From the NCBI GenBank assembly GCA_963665125.2, contig CAXXUK010000002.1, forward strand, positions 160,001 to 224,000: a stretch of DNA of 64,000 bases, written 5' to 3'. The notes under the pieces are model-generated. The model saw only the letters and a program-made list of their open reading frames with translations, was not told the origin of the DNA and did not search any database. Of this stretch, positions 18,395 through 28,381 are shown one piece after another. Source of the DNA: an uncultured Desulfarculus sp. GTDB taxonomy: Bacteria > Desulfobacterota > Desulfarculia > Desulfarculales > Desulfarculaceae. A program made the translations under genes and the position numbers. Position 1 is the stretch's first letter; every line of letters starts with the position of its first letter.

Positions 18395-19461
18395 GCAATA
18401 ACGTTCCGGCGATATTCGACCACTTTCCCAAGCTGCACGGCGTGTTGCCCCATATTAGCCTGATCGACTGCCCAACCCCGGTCCAGCATTTGGAAAAGCT
18501 CAGCGGAGTCCTGGACACCGAGATCTGGATCAAGCGCGACGACCTTACCTCCACGGTTTATGGCGGCAACAAGCCCCGCAAGCTGGAGTTCATCCTGGGC
18601 CGGGCCAGGGAGAAGGGCCAGAAGACCCTGGTGACCATGGGCGGCATCGGCACCAACCACGGCCTGGCCACGGTGATGCACGGCCGAAACCAGGGCATGC
18701 GCACCATCCTGGAGCTGTTTCCCCAGCCGGTCACCCCCACGGTGCTCAAGAACCTGAAGATGTTCCAGGCCAACGGGGCCAAGCTCAACCTGTGCAAGGA
18801 CATGTACCGGGCCTGGTTGCGCTTCCGGTTTTGGGAGCGGCTGATCAACCCCACGGCCTGCTACATTCCGGCGGGCGGCTCCAGCCCCCTGGGAGCGGTG
18901 GGCTATGTCAGCGCCGGGTTGGAGCTGGCCGACCAGATCAAGCAGGGGCTCATGCCCTTGCCCAGGATAATATTCGTGGCTGCGGGGACCACCGGCACCC
19001 ACTCCGGCCTGGCCCTGGGCCTGCGCCTGGCCGGGCTGGCAATTCAAGTCGTGGGCGTGGCCGTGGTGCCGCCGCCGGTGACCACGCCGCGCACCTCGCT
19101 GAGCCTGGCCCGCAAAAGCCTGGCCCTTTTACGCAAGGCCGACCCGGCGGTGCCGAACATCGAAATGGGCCTGGCCGACGTGCCCATGGACATGGACCGC
19201 CTGGGCCCCGGCTACGGCTTTCCCACTCCCCAGGGCGAGGAGGCCATGGGACTGCTGGAGGACTACGAGGGCATCGGCCTGGAGCCCACCTACACGGCCA
19301 AGACCCTGGCTTCGCTGGTGGCGTACGCCAGGGCCAATCCCGGACAGGGGCCGCTGCTGTACTGGAACACCTACAGTTCGGTTGACCTTGGCGAACAGGC
19401 CGCCGCGGTGGACCCTGCATCGCTGCCGCCGGAGTTTCAGCGGTTTTTCGTAAAGGCCTGA
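18391..19461 (+). CDS. PLP-dependent D-cysteine desulfhydrase/ACC deaminase family enzyme
   Basis: WIKRDD, YGGNKPRKLE, GGIGTNH, GTTGT, LEPTYTAK. Confidence 0.88.
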   Translation: MSNNVPAIFDHFPKLHGVLPHISLIDCPTPVQHLEKLSGVLDTEIWIKRDDLTSTVYGGNKPRKLEFILGRAREKGQKTLVTMGGIGTNHGLATVMHGRNQGMRTILELFPQPVTPTVLKNLKMFQANGAKLNLCKDMYRAWLRFRFWERLINPTACYIPAGGSSPLGAVGYVSAGLELADQIKQGLMPLPRIIFVAAGTTGTHSGLALGLRLAGLAIQVVGVAVVPPPVTTPRTSLSLARKSLALLRKADPAVPNIEMGLADVPMDMDRLGPGYGFPTPQGEEAMGLLEDYEGIGLEPTYTAKTLASLVAYARANPGQGPLLYWNTYSSVDLGEQAAAVDPASLPPEFQRFFVKA

Positions 19462-19582
19462 TCAGACCCTGGGACGGATTTTCATTACCGGTTGATTGAC
19501 AGGCGGTGTTGTGTAAGGCTATTTATATGCCCGCGCCGTCTGCCCGGCGCTTTCTTTTTCACGAACAACAACCAATAACCAA

Positions 19583-20431
19583 ATGGAGAACGTGATGGAA
19601 GGCTTGGACCAGATATTTTTGCGTATCCAGGAATGGCTGGCCCTGTATGGTCTGAAGGTGGTTGCGGCCCTGGTTATCCTTGTCATCGGTATTTTCGTAT
19701 CCAAGTACATCGCCAAATCCGTCAAACTGGTCATGACCAAGGCCAAGATGGACGAGGCCCTGGTGTCGTTCAGCGGCAAGGTCATCAAGATCGCGCTCTA
19801 TGCGGTGGTGTTCATCGCCGCCCTGAACCAGGTTGGATTTCAGACGGCCTCACTCATCGCCGTCTTGGGTGGCGCCGTATTCGCCTTGGGCATGGCCCTG
19901 CAAGGCAATGTCAGCTCCATCGCCTCGGGCGTACTTTTGCTGATTTTCAAGCCTTTCGGCCTGGGGGATGTGATCCAGTGCGCCGGAGTCACCGGCACGG
20001 TGGAAAAAATCGACATCATCCACACCAAGATCAAGCAGGCCGACGGACGCACGGTGATTATGCCCAACAACAAGCTGACCACCGACACCCTGACCAACTA
20101 TTCGGCCAGGGAGGTCATGCGCTGCGACCTGGTGGTGGGCATCGGCTACGGCGACGACATCGCCAAGGCCAAGAGCGCGGTTTTCGAGGTGATCGCCGCC
20201 TATCCCAAGGCCCTCAAAGACCCCGAGCCGCAAGTGTTTGTCCTGGAGTTGGGCGACAACAGCGTCAACCTGGCCGTGCGGCCCTTTGTGAACAAGGCCG
20301 ACTACTGGAGCTCCAAGTGGGATCTGGCCGAGGCCATCAAGCTGCGGTTCGACGAAGAAGGCATCAACATTCCGTATCCCCAGCGGGACGTGCATCATCA
20401 CTATCCCGAGGGCATTCCCGGAGAAAAATAA
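19583..20431 (+). CDS. mscS: Small-conductance mechanosensitive channel (MscS family)
   Basis: ALGMALQGNVSSIASG, KPFGLGD, IPYPQRDVH. Confidence 0.9.
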   Translation: MENVMEGLDQIFLRIQEWLALYGLKVVAALVILVIGIFVSKYIAKSVKLVMTKAKMDEALVSFSGKVIKIALYAVVFIAALNQVGFQTASLIAVLGGAVFALGMALQGNVSSIASGVLLLIFKPFGLGDVIQCAGVTGTVEKIDIIHTKIKQADGRTVIMPNNKLTTDTLTNYSAREVMRCDLVVGIGYGDDIAKAKSAVFEVIAAYPKALKDPEPQVFVLELGDNSVNLAVRPFVNKADYWSSKWDLAEAIKLRFDEEGINIPYPQRDVHHHYPEGIPGEK

Positions 20432-20472
20432 AGCTAGCCGGTTGAGTAAAAAGGCGAGGAGTTAGAGGATCG

Positions 20473-21474
20473 ATGAGGAAATGTTGGATAGCGGCCCTGG
20501 CGCTGGTGCTGATCATGGCCCAGCCGGCGGCCGCCGACGAGGTGAAGATGAAAAACGGCGACCGTATCAGCGGCGCCATCGTCAAAATGGAGGGCGGCAG
20601 CCTTATCATTAATACCGACTATGCCGGTGAACTGAAGATCAAGTGGGATCAGGTCGCCGGTCTGGTCAGCGAGGGTCCCATAGCCGTGCAATGCTCGGAA
20701 GGGCTGATCAGCGGCACGGCCCGGGAATGCCCAATGGGCCAGGTGGATGTGCAAAGCGCCGATGGCAAGACCACCATCGTGCTGGCCCAGGTGGAGGCCA
20801 TCAACCCCAAGGACAAGTCCAAACTGGAGACCAAGGGTGGGGTCAACCTCAGCGCCTGGTCCAAGCGGGGCAACACCCACAAGGACAACTACGACCTGCT
20901 GGCCAACATGACCTTTGAGTGGGATGTCCATAGGGTCATTGTCCAGGCCGAATCGCACTACACCGAGGACAAGAGCAATACCACCGAGGAAAACAGCCTG
21001 GGCAGCCTGGAATACAACCGTTTCATCAGCGAGAAGGTCTACGCCTTTGCCAACGCCCAGGCCAGCCAGGATAAATTCAAGGACATCAACCTGCGCACGG
21101 CCGCCGGTCTCGGCCTTGGCTATCAGTTCCTGGCCACCGACCGCACCAACCTGTCGTTCGAGGTCGGCCCCAACTATGTGTACGAAGACGGCGACATTAG
21201 GGGCACCCAAGACTGGTTCGCCTGGCGCTGGGAGATCGACTTCGACTACTGGATATGGGAAAAGGTCGTGCAGGTCTACCACCAGGACTGGGGCCTATTG
21301 CGCATGGACGACCAGAACCAGTATTTCCTCAATACCTACACGGGCCTGAAATTCCCTCTGGGCATGGGTTTCAACGCCAAGTTGCAGTTTGACTACAACT
21401 GGGACAACAACCCCCAACCGGGCAAGGAAAAATACGACCAGCGGACAATGCTGTTGTTCGGCTATTCCTGGTAG
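20473..21474 (+). CDS. DUF481-like outer-membrane beta-barrel protein
   Basis: Signal peptide, MKNGDRISG, GNT, GLGLGYQF, C-terminal FGYSW. Confidence 0.8.
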   Translation: MRKCWIAALALVLIMAQPAAADEVKMKNGDRISGAIVKMEGGSLIINTDYAGELKIKWDQVAGLVSEGPIAVQCSEGLISGTARECPMGQVDVQSADGKTTIVLAQVEAINPKDKSKLETKGGVNLSAWSKRGNTHKDNYDLLANMTFEWDVHRVIVQAESHYTEDKSNTTEENSLGSLEYNRFISEKVYAFANAQASQDKFKDINLRTAAGLGLGYQFLATDRTNLSFEVGPNYVYEDGDIRGTQDWFAWRWEIDFDYWIWEKVVQVYHQDWGLLRMDDQNQYFLNTYTGLKFPLGMGFNAKLQFDYNWDNNPQPGKEKYDQRTMLLFGYSW

Positions 21475-21475
21475 G

Positions 21476-22798
21476 TCAGGCTACCTGAGCGCGGCGGCCG
21501 CCGACCCCCAGGGTGAAGCGGCCGCCGTCTTCCATTTCCGCTTCAAGACCGGTGTCCACCCAGCCCCCGGCCACATTGGCACCCCTGGCCCACAGGCGGT
21601 TGCCCCGGCGAAGCTCAAGCTCCACCCCCGGCAGCGGCGCGAATGATTTACTGTCGCCCTTGGACCCGGCAACGGCTCCGGCAGCCTGCCGCAGACCCAG
21701 ACAGGCCCGGGGCTTTTCACCGCTTAGCTTGGCCAACTCCTCGGTCGGATGGCTGCCCAGCGGCGCATCTGCCGCCAGAACCATGCGCAGTCTGTCGGCC
21801 CGGCGCTTGGGCGACCTCTGGGCCGCCGCTTCGGCCAGGATCTTTTCGCCGCCGGCCAACACCGTGACCATTGATTTGCGGCAGGCGTCCAGCACGGACC
21901 TGGGCCGCGCCGTATCCGGCAGTGCCAGACAGGCTCCGCTGAGCAGGGGCATCAGCAGCCCTGTGGTCAGGCCAAAGCCCGTATGCAGCGGCGCCGCGTT
22001 CAAGACGACATCGAGAGGTTCGACTTGGGCCAGACCGGCCATGACCTCCTGCCCGGCATGGAGCACCGTGTGGTCCATGATCACCAGGTTTTGCACCTCA
22101 GGCGAACCGTCGTATAAGACCGCCACCGTTTCCGTGGGGTCGACGATCTGCCGTTGGGGGGCGGGGGCGTTTTCCTTGAGTATCTTTCTCAGACGTTCGC
22201 CTGAGTTGAACATGGTCTTGCGGGGCAAAGGCTGCGCTCCGCCGAATTTTCGCAGCAGCGGGTTGATCATCCTGGCCCCGGCACCGGCGTTTTCCATGGC
22301 GGTGACAAGGATCACCGGTTCAAGGTTGTGGCGGTGGCGTAGGCCTTCCAGGTGCCTGGACTGGTCTTCGGAGATGATCATTCCCTTGATTTCCGCCTGT
22401 TGAATAAAGGCCGACATCTCCTGGGGCGACTCAATGGTCGGGGCCAGAACCGCCGCCGCGCCCAGGCGCAACAGGCTGAAAAAGGCCTCCACCATCTGGG
22501 GTCCGTTGGGCAGCAGCAGGGCGATGCGGTCGCCGCGGTGCACGCTCCGCCTGGACAAGACCCCGGCCAGATGCTCCACCCGCCGCATCAATTCGCTGTA
22601 GGATAGGCTGACGGCCTTATGGGTCAGGGCTGGTCTGTTCGGGTGTTTACAGGCTGCGGCGCGAAAGGCGCAGTAAATGTCCTGCGGCGACTGCTTGATG
22701 GTTTGTGTCGCGCGGCTGATAGGGGCATTCAGCCGGGAGCGTTTTCCCATCCAATTCTCCGGCTGCCGTTCGGGGCGGCGTTGGCGATTCGGCGTCAA
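21476..22798 (-). CDS. Degenerate AMP-binding (acyl-CoA synthetase-like) protein; start uncertain
   Basis: LSYSEL, GDRIALLLPN and PLHTGFGL present; P-loop TSGTTG and the C-terminal domain absent. Confidence 0.7.
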   Translation of the reverse strand: MTPNRQRRPERQPENWMGKRSRLNAPISRATQTIKQSPQDIYCAFRAAACKHPNRPALTHKAVSLSYSELMRRVEHLAGVLSRRSVHRGDRIALLLPNGPQMVEAFFSLLRLGAAAVLAPTIESPQEMSAFIQQAEIKGMIISEDQSRHLEGLRHRHNLEPVILVTAMENAGAGARMINPLLRKFGGAQPLPRKTMFNSGERLRKILKENAPAPQRQIVDPTETVAVLYDGSPEVQNLVIMDHTVLHAGQEVMAGLAQVEPLDVVLNAAPLHTGFGLTTGLLMPLLSGACLALPDTARPRSVLDACRKSMVTVLAGGEKILAEAAAQRSPKRRADRLRMVLAADAPLGSHPTEELAKLSGEKPRACLGLRQAAGAVAGSKGDSKSFAPLPGVELELRRGNRLWARGANVAGGWVDTGLEAEMEDGGRFTLGVGGRRAQVA

Positions 22799-22952
22799 TG
22801 TGCCGAATCTGGTTTACAGAAGTATATAGCCGCTCACAACATACTGTCAAGACGGCAAAATTCGTTTGCATGCCAGTGTGGACAATATATCACAGATTAA
22901 TATTGGTACCCATTATTGCCGAGAGCCGGTATGCCGCCTTTTGGCGTCGAAC

Positions 22953-23747
22953 CTATGCTTCGCCCGCGGCCATGGCTACCAACTCGGGCAGCATCAGGAC
23001 GTTGGTCGGATCGCCGTCGGGCAGGTTGTTCACGGCCTGGAAATAGCAACCAGTGCAGATATGGACCATGATTTGGTTTTGGATGCTGCCGATCATGTGG
23101 GCCAGACCTTCGGGCTTGTAGCAGCACTTGGGCGCGGCTATCTGGTGAACCTGTAAACCTTCAATATTTTCCAATACGTTGCGGGTGCTTTTCAGGTCCA
23201 TGGGCACCGGCGAAAAGCGTTTGTGCAGGCGATAGCAACCGGGATAGTAATCAATGGTTTGATGGAAGCTCAGTTCGCCCATGACCTCGGTTATGGCCTG
23301 GGGATAAAAGATGATCTCCGCCTCGGGCGCGGCGTGCTTGTAGATGGGATAGCACGGTGAACAGAAGATGATCAACCGCTTGGCCCCCAGCCCGGCGGCC
23401 TGATCCAGGTTGCGGCGCACATATGTTTTGGACAGGGCCTGGCACTGGGCCAGGGCATCCTGGTCCTTGGCCTTGATGGCCGGGCGGTAGAGATTGTTGC
23501 CGCAGCAGTATTCCTTGGAAAGGAAGGTGTGCTCCAGGCCCCGCTTGGCCAGAAACCGCGACAGCTTGCCCAGCACCCGGGGCATTGCCGCCAATATCTG
23601 GCAGCCGGTGACGATCACGTTGGGCGCGGGCGTGTCGTAGGGCAGGCCGTGCTCCTGCATGATCGGGATTCGCTCGGGCCAGCCGGGGTAGGTGTTGCCG
23701 GTTTGCTCTATGCACTGGACCATGGCCTGGTCGATGAGTTCATGCAT
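22953..23747 (-). CDS. CCG-domain (HdrB/GlpC-like) Fe-S protein
   Basis: TGC, YCCG, CSPCY, YPGC, KCC, CTGC; ATG 23747 behind AGGAGG. Confidence 0.8.
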   Translation of the reverse strand: MHELIDQAMVQCIEQTGNTYPGWPERIPIMQEHGLPYDTPAPNVIVTGCQILAAMPRVLGKLSRFLAKRGLEHTFLSKEYCCGNNLYRPAIKAKDQDALAQCQALSKTYVRRNLDQAAGLGAKRLIIFCSPCYPIYKHAAPEAEIIFYPQAITEVMGELSFHQTIDYYPGCYRLHKRFSPVPMDLKSTRNVLENIEGLQVHQIAAPKCCYKPEGLAHMIGSIQNQIMVHICTGCYFQAVNNLPDGDPTNVLMLPELVAMAAGEA

Positions 23748-23817
23748 TTGTCGCCTCCTGGGTCTTAACTTGATTGCAATCCGTGTTATGCTGGGTACAT
23801 ACATCATAGCCAAACGG

Positions 23818-24981
23818 ATGGAGAAAATGGAACTGCTGCAACAGGTTTACTGGGGCAATACGGTTCAAGAGTACCTGATCTCTCTTGGCGTTTTCGCGGG
23901 TTGCATCCTGGCGGCCTGGCTTGTGGACCGCTACTTGAAGTCGGCTCTGCTGGGTCTGGCGGCCAAAACAACCACCGAGATCGACGACCTGCTGATCCGG
24001 CGCTGCGTCACGCCCCTTACCCTGCTCTTGGTGGCCGGCGGCCTGTGGGTGGCCATGGACCGCCTGGACTTCAGCGAGTGGGCCGATTTCTGGGTCACCA
24101 ACGTCCTCAAGGTGGCGGCCACGCTGGTCTGCTTCTTTCTGTTCATGCGCTTTGTCCAGGTGCTGGTGGAGGCCCTCAAGGGCATCTACCTGGCGGGTCT
24201 GAGGGCCAGGGCCCAGGCCTTGCCGCCGGATCAGCCGGCCAGGGCCGACCGGGTTGCCAAGCAGGCCTCGGAGATCATCAACATGGTCATCGGCGTGCTG
24301 GCGGTGATGACCGTGCTGAGTATGCTGGGCGTCAACCTCATGGCCATCTGGGCCTCTCTGGGCATCGGCGGCATCGCCGTGGTCGTGGCCGTCAAGGAGC
24401 CCCTGAGCAACCTTGTTGGGCGGCTGTATATCTTTTCCACGGGCATCTTCGACACAGGCGATTTCATCGTATTCGACAAATGGTCGGGAACGGTCAAAAC
24501 CATCGGCCTGTTCCGCACGTCCCTGGAGCTGTTCGCCGACATGACCACGGTGAGCATCCCCAACGCCTCGTTCATCACCGGCGCGGTGCAGAACTTCGCG
24601 GGCCGTACCAAGTTCATGTACAAGTGGGACCTGGACGTGCCCTACGACACCCCTGCCGACAAGGTGCAAGCCCTCGTGCGGCGCCTGCGGGAGTTGATCT
24701 CGGCCAAGCCCGAACTTAACCCCGAGCGCTGCTGGATCTACCTGTCCGCCCTGGGGCCGTATTCCAAAAAGGTGCGGGTCTGGTTCCAGGTCAATCTGGA
24801 ATCCTGGGCCGCCTCGCTGTTCTACGGCAACGACGTGCTGCATGAAATCCAGCTCGTCTTTGGCGAAATGGGCGTGCCATTTGCCTTCCCCACCCAGACT
24901 ATCGATTTGACCGGAGAAGTCCCGGCGGTATTGCCCAATGCCGAGGCGGGTACAAAGCCGCCACAACAGGAGACATCATGA
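23818..24981 (+). CDS. MscS family mechanosensitive channel (long form)
   Basis: WGNTVQEY, ASLGIGGIAV, GTVKTIGL, IPN, FAFPTQT. Confidence 0.88.
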   Translation: MEKMELLQQVYWGNTVQEYLISLGVFAGCILAAWLVDRYLKSALLGLAAKTTTEIDDLLIRRCVTPLTLLLVAGGLWVAMDRLDFSEWADFWVTNVLKVAATLVCFFLFMRFVQVLVEALKGIYLAGLRARAQALPPDQPARADRVAKQASEIINMVIGVLAVMTVLSMLGVNLMAIWASLGIGGIAVVVAVKEPLSNLVGRLYIFSTGIFDTGDFIVFDKWSGTVKTIGLFRTSLELFADMTTVSIPNASFITGAVQNFAGRTKFMYKWDLDVPYDTPADKVQALVRRLRELISAKPELNPERCWIYLSALGPYSKKVRVWFQVNLESWAASLFYGNDVLHEIQLVFGEMGVPFAFPTQTIDLTGEVPAVLPNAEAGTKPPQQETS

Positions 24982-25337
24982 AGCCGCGGGAGGGGGTGAA
25001 TAAAGGGGTTGAGGCCTTTAAACGGGGCGATGCCGACGCCCTTGGCGGAATGTATGCCGAGGATGCGATCAATCACCAGGTGGCCGAGGCTCCGGTAAGG
25101 GGCAGGGAAGCCATCAGGCAAATGTTCAAGACGGAGTTCGCCAGGGCGGAGATGGTTTGCCTTGTGGAAAATATCTTTGAGGACGGCCAATGGGCCATTC
25201 TTGAATGGAAAGATCCCCTGGGACTAAGGGGGTGCGGATTCTTCCAGATAGAAAATGGTTTCATCGTTTTTCAAAGAGGCTATTGGGACAAGCTATCCTT
25301 TTTGCGGATGCATGACCTACCTCTGCCCACGGAGTAA
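24978..25337 (+). CDS. SnoaL/NTF2-like family protein
   Basis: AFKRGDADAL..YAEDA..PVRGREAI, GCGFF, QRGYWD. Confidence 0.82.
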   Translation: MKPREGVNKGVEAFKRGDADALGGMYAEDAINHQVAEAPVRGREAIRQMFKTEFARAEMVCLVENIFEDGQWAILEWKDPLGLRGCGFFQIENGFIVFQRGYWDKLSFLRMHDLPLPTE

Positions 25338-25532
25338 TCATCCCTTGCCGCGAAATCGCCGAACTGTGGCGATTGGCTTGCGATCAGGTGAGTAGCCGTC
25401 AAGCGTAATCCCGATAAACCAAGCGTTACTGATGACCGCCATCTCCCCAAGAGGTGGTGTTTCTTATTGCCCTGCGCATCCCTAGGCTTTCATACTTTTT
25501 TACAGCCCCTCATTTTTTTCATCTCAAGAGTC

Positions 25533-25571
25533 TTGACAAAGCCAAATTTAATAGTATTCTGGTACCAGAAT
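25533..25571 (+). promoter_or_regulatory. Putative hcp promoter with overlapping perfect palindrome
   Basis: TTGACA (25533-25538), 16-bp spacer, TATTCT; ATTCTGGTACCAGAAT at 25556-25571. Confidence 0.6.
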
Positions 25572-25598
25572 GCAACATAAAAGCTTGGAGGCTACGAC

Positions 25599-27230
25599 AT
25601 GGAAATGTTCTGTTACCAATGTGAGCAAACGGCACAGGGCACAGGCTGCACCAAGGGCGGCGTCTGCGGCAAGAACCCCCAGGTTGCGGCCCTGCAGGAC
25701 GTATTGACCTACGCGGTAATCGGGCTGGGCCAGGTGGCCGCCGCGGCCCGGACCAAAGGCGTTGTGGACAACAAAGTTGACCGGTTTGTCTGCGCCGCGC
25801 TGTTCAGCACCCTGACCAACGTGGATTTCGACCCCGAGCGTTTCGTGCCCCTGATCAACGAGGCGGTTAGCCTGCGCAAGGCCCTGGCGGCCAAGGCCGG
25901 CGTCAGCGTCGAGGGCGGCGCGGCCAATTATGAGCCCGCCAACGGCGTCGAGGGCCTGGCGGCCCAGGGCGGCCAGTGGGGATTCGCCCCGGACGGCGGC
26001 AATGCCGACGCCCGCAGCCTCAAGCACCTGATAATCATCGGCCTGCGCGGCGTGGCGGCCTATGCCGACCATGCGGCAATCCTGGGCCAGGAAGACGACG
26101 GCCTCTATGCGGGCATCCACGAGTCCCTGGCCGCCAGCCAGGACGACAGCCTTGATGTGGGCGGCCTGGTGGCCGCGGTTCTGCGCGTGGGCGAGATCAA
26201 CCTGAAGGCCATGGAGCTGTTGGACGCGGCCAACACCGGCACCTTCGGCCATCCGGTGCCGACCTCGGTGCCCCTGGGCCACAAGGCGGGCAAGGCCATC
26301 CTGGTATCGGGCCACGACCTGGAAGACCTGGCCCAGCTTTTGGAGCAAAGCAAGGGCAAGGGCATCTACGTCTACACCCACGGCGAGATGCTGCCCTGCC
26401 ACGGCTACCCGGAGCTGAAGAAGTATGAGCACTTTTACGGCCACTACGGCACGGCCTGGCAAAACCAGGGCAAGGAGTTCCCGGCCTTCCCCGGAGCTAT
26501 CCTGATGACCACCAACTGCATACAGCGGCCAAAGGGCGACTCGGGCGAAAAGATGTTCACCACCGGCCTGGTGGGCTGGCCCGGCATGCCCCACATTACC
26601 GCCGACGGGGGCGGCAAGAAGGACTTTGGCCCGGTCATCGCAAAGGCCCTGAGCCTGCCCGGTTTCGCCGAAGACGCCGACAATGGTTCGGTGATGGTGG
26701 GATTCGCCCGCAACGCGGTCCTGGGCGTGGCCGACAAGGTAATCGAGGGCGTCAAGGCCGGAGCCATCAAGCATTTCTTCCTGGTGGCCGGTTGCGACGG
26801 CGCCAAGCCCGGCCGCAACTACTACACCGAGTTCGTGGAAAAGGTGCCCCAGGACAGCGTGGTGCTGACCCTGGCCTGCGGCAAGTTCCGGTTCTTTGAC
26901 AAGCAGCTCGGTGACATCGGCGGCATCCCGCGGCTTTTGGACGTGGGCCAGTGCAACGACGCCTACTCGGCCATCCAGATCGCCGTGGCCCTGGCCGGCG
27001 CCTTTGACTGCGGCGTCAACGACCTGCCCCTGTCGATGATCCTTAGCTGGTACGAGCAAAAGGCCTGCGCCATCCTGCTGACCCTATTACACTTGGGCAT
27101 CAAGGGCATCCGACTGGGCCCCTCGCTGCCGGCCTTCATCACCCCCAATGTGTTGCAGGTTCTGGTGGATAATTTTGAAATCGCGCCCATCACCACCCCG
27201 GATGAGGATCTGAAGGCCATCCTGGGCTGA
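25599..27230 (+). CDS. hcp: Hybrid cluster protein (hydroxylamine reductase/prismane)
   Basis: MFCYQCEQT..GCT..GVCGK, GHDL, THGEMLPCHGYP, GCDG, GQCNDAYS, WYEQK. Confidence 0.97.
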   Translation: MEMFCYQCEQTAQGTGCTKGGVCGKNPQVAALQDVLTYAVIGLGQVAAAARTKGVVDNKVDRFVCAALFSTLTNVDFDPERFVPLINEAVSLRKALAAKAGVSVEGGAANYEPANGVEGLAAQGGQWGFAPDGGNADARSLKHLIIIGLRGVAAYADHAAILGQEDDGLYAGIHESLAASQDDSLDVGGLVAAVLRVGEINLKAMELLDAANTGTFGHPVPTSVPLGHKAGKAILVSGHDLEDLAQLLEQSKGKGIYVYTHGEMLPCHGYPELKKYEHFYGHYGTAWQNQGKEFPAFPGAILMTTNCIQRPKGDSGEKMFTTGLVGWPGMPHITADGGGKKDFGPVIAKALSLPGFAEDADNGSVMVGFARNAVLGVADKVIEGVKAGAIKHFFLVAGCDGAKPGRNYYTEFVEKVPQDSVVLTLACGKFRFFDKQLGDIGGIPRLLDVGQCNDAYSAIQIAVALAGAFDCGVNDLPLSMILSWYEQKACAILLTLLHLGIKGIRLGPSLPAFITPNVLQVLVDNFEIAPITTPDEDLKAILG

Positions 27231-27367
27231 TAGGCCGCGCTCCCCGAAAAATACGCGGCTCCGGACATCGCTCCGGGGCCGCGCATTATTGCCGCCAAAC
27301 CCATTGGCTTGCCGAAATCAACGATTACGCCTAAAATCATAGCGCACACCTTTAACGGAGGCCGACC

Positions 27368-28381
27368 GTGGAACAAATCCGTAAAAGCGCCCGTGAGTTG
27401 ATGAAAGGCTATTGCAAGGTCTGTCCGGTCTGCGACGGCCGATCCTGCCCCAGCGCGGTGCCCGGCATGGGCGCGGCGGGAACCGGGGCGTCATTTCGCA
27501 ACAACATGGAGGCCCTGGCCCGCTACGGCCTTAACATGCGGGTGGTCCACGACGTGACCGCGCCCAAGACCGCCATCAAGCTGCTGGGCTTTGATCTGGA
27601 CATGCCCGTGTTGGCCGCGCCCATCGGCGGGGTCCAGTTCAACATGGGCGGCGGCGTCAGCGAGGATGCCTACATCCAGGCCGTGATGCAGGGCAGCCTG
27701 GATGCCGGGGCCATGGGCTGCTCGGGCGACGGCGCGCCGGATTTCATCATCGACGCGGCGGAAAAGGCCCTGCAAAGCGTGAGCGGCAGGGGCATTCCGT
27801 TCATCAAACCCTGGGAAGACGAAGATCTTTTCGCCAAGCTGGCGCGCATGCAAAAGGCCGGAGCCACGGTGGTGGGCATTGATCTCGACTCGGCCGGGCT
27901 GATCACCCTGGCCCAGATGGGCAAGCCCGTATCGCCCAAGACCCCGGCCAAACTGGCCGACATCATCATCGACTGCGACCTTGACTTCATCATCAAGGGC
28001 ATCATGACCCCCGGAGACGCCGAGGCCTGCGCCCAGGCCGGAGCCGCAGGGATCGTGGTCTCCAACCACGGCGGCCGGGTCCTGGACCATACGCCCGGCG
28101 CGGCCCAGGTGCTGCCGGAGATCGCCGCCGCCGTCAAGGGCGATGTGATGATCCTGGCCGACGGCGGGGTGCGCTCAGGGGTGGACGTTCTGAAGCTGCT
28201 GGCCCTGGGGGCCAACGCGGTGATGATCGGCCGGCCGGTGTCCGTGGCCGCGGTGGGCGGCCTGGCCGAAGGCGTGAAAAAATATTTCGAAAAGATAAAG
28301 AACGAGTTAATCAGCGCCATGATTTTAACGGGCTGCGGGGACGCGGCCCATGTCAACGGAGACGTTCTGTGTCGGGTTTAG
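27368..28381 (+). CDS. FMN-dependent alpha-hydroxy acid dehydrogenase family
   Basis: KGIM, VVSNHGGRVLD, DGGVRSG, IGRP; N-terminal CKVCPVC. Confidence 0.9.
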   Translation: MEQIRKSARELMKGYCKVCPVCDGRSCPSAVPGMGAAGTGASFRNNMEALARYGLNMRVVHDVTAPKTAIKLLGFDLDMPVLAAPIGGVQFNMGGGVSEDAYIQAVMQGSLDAGAMGCSGDGAPDFIIDAAEKALQSVSGRGIPFIKPWEDEDLFAKLARMQKAGATVVGIDLDSAGLITLAQMGKPVSPKTPAKLADIIIDCDLDFIIKGIMTPGDAEACAQAGAAGIVVSNHGGRVLDHTPGAAQVLPEIAAAVKGDVMILADGGVRSGVDVLKLLALGANAVMIGRPVSVAAVGGLAEGVKKYFEKIKNELISAMILTGCGDAAHVNGDVLCRV

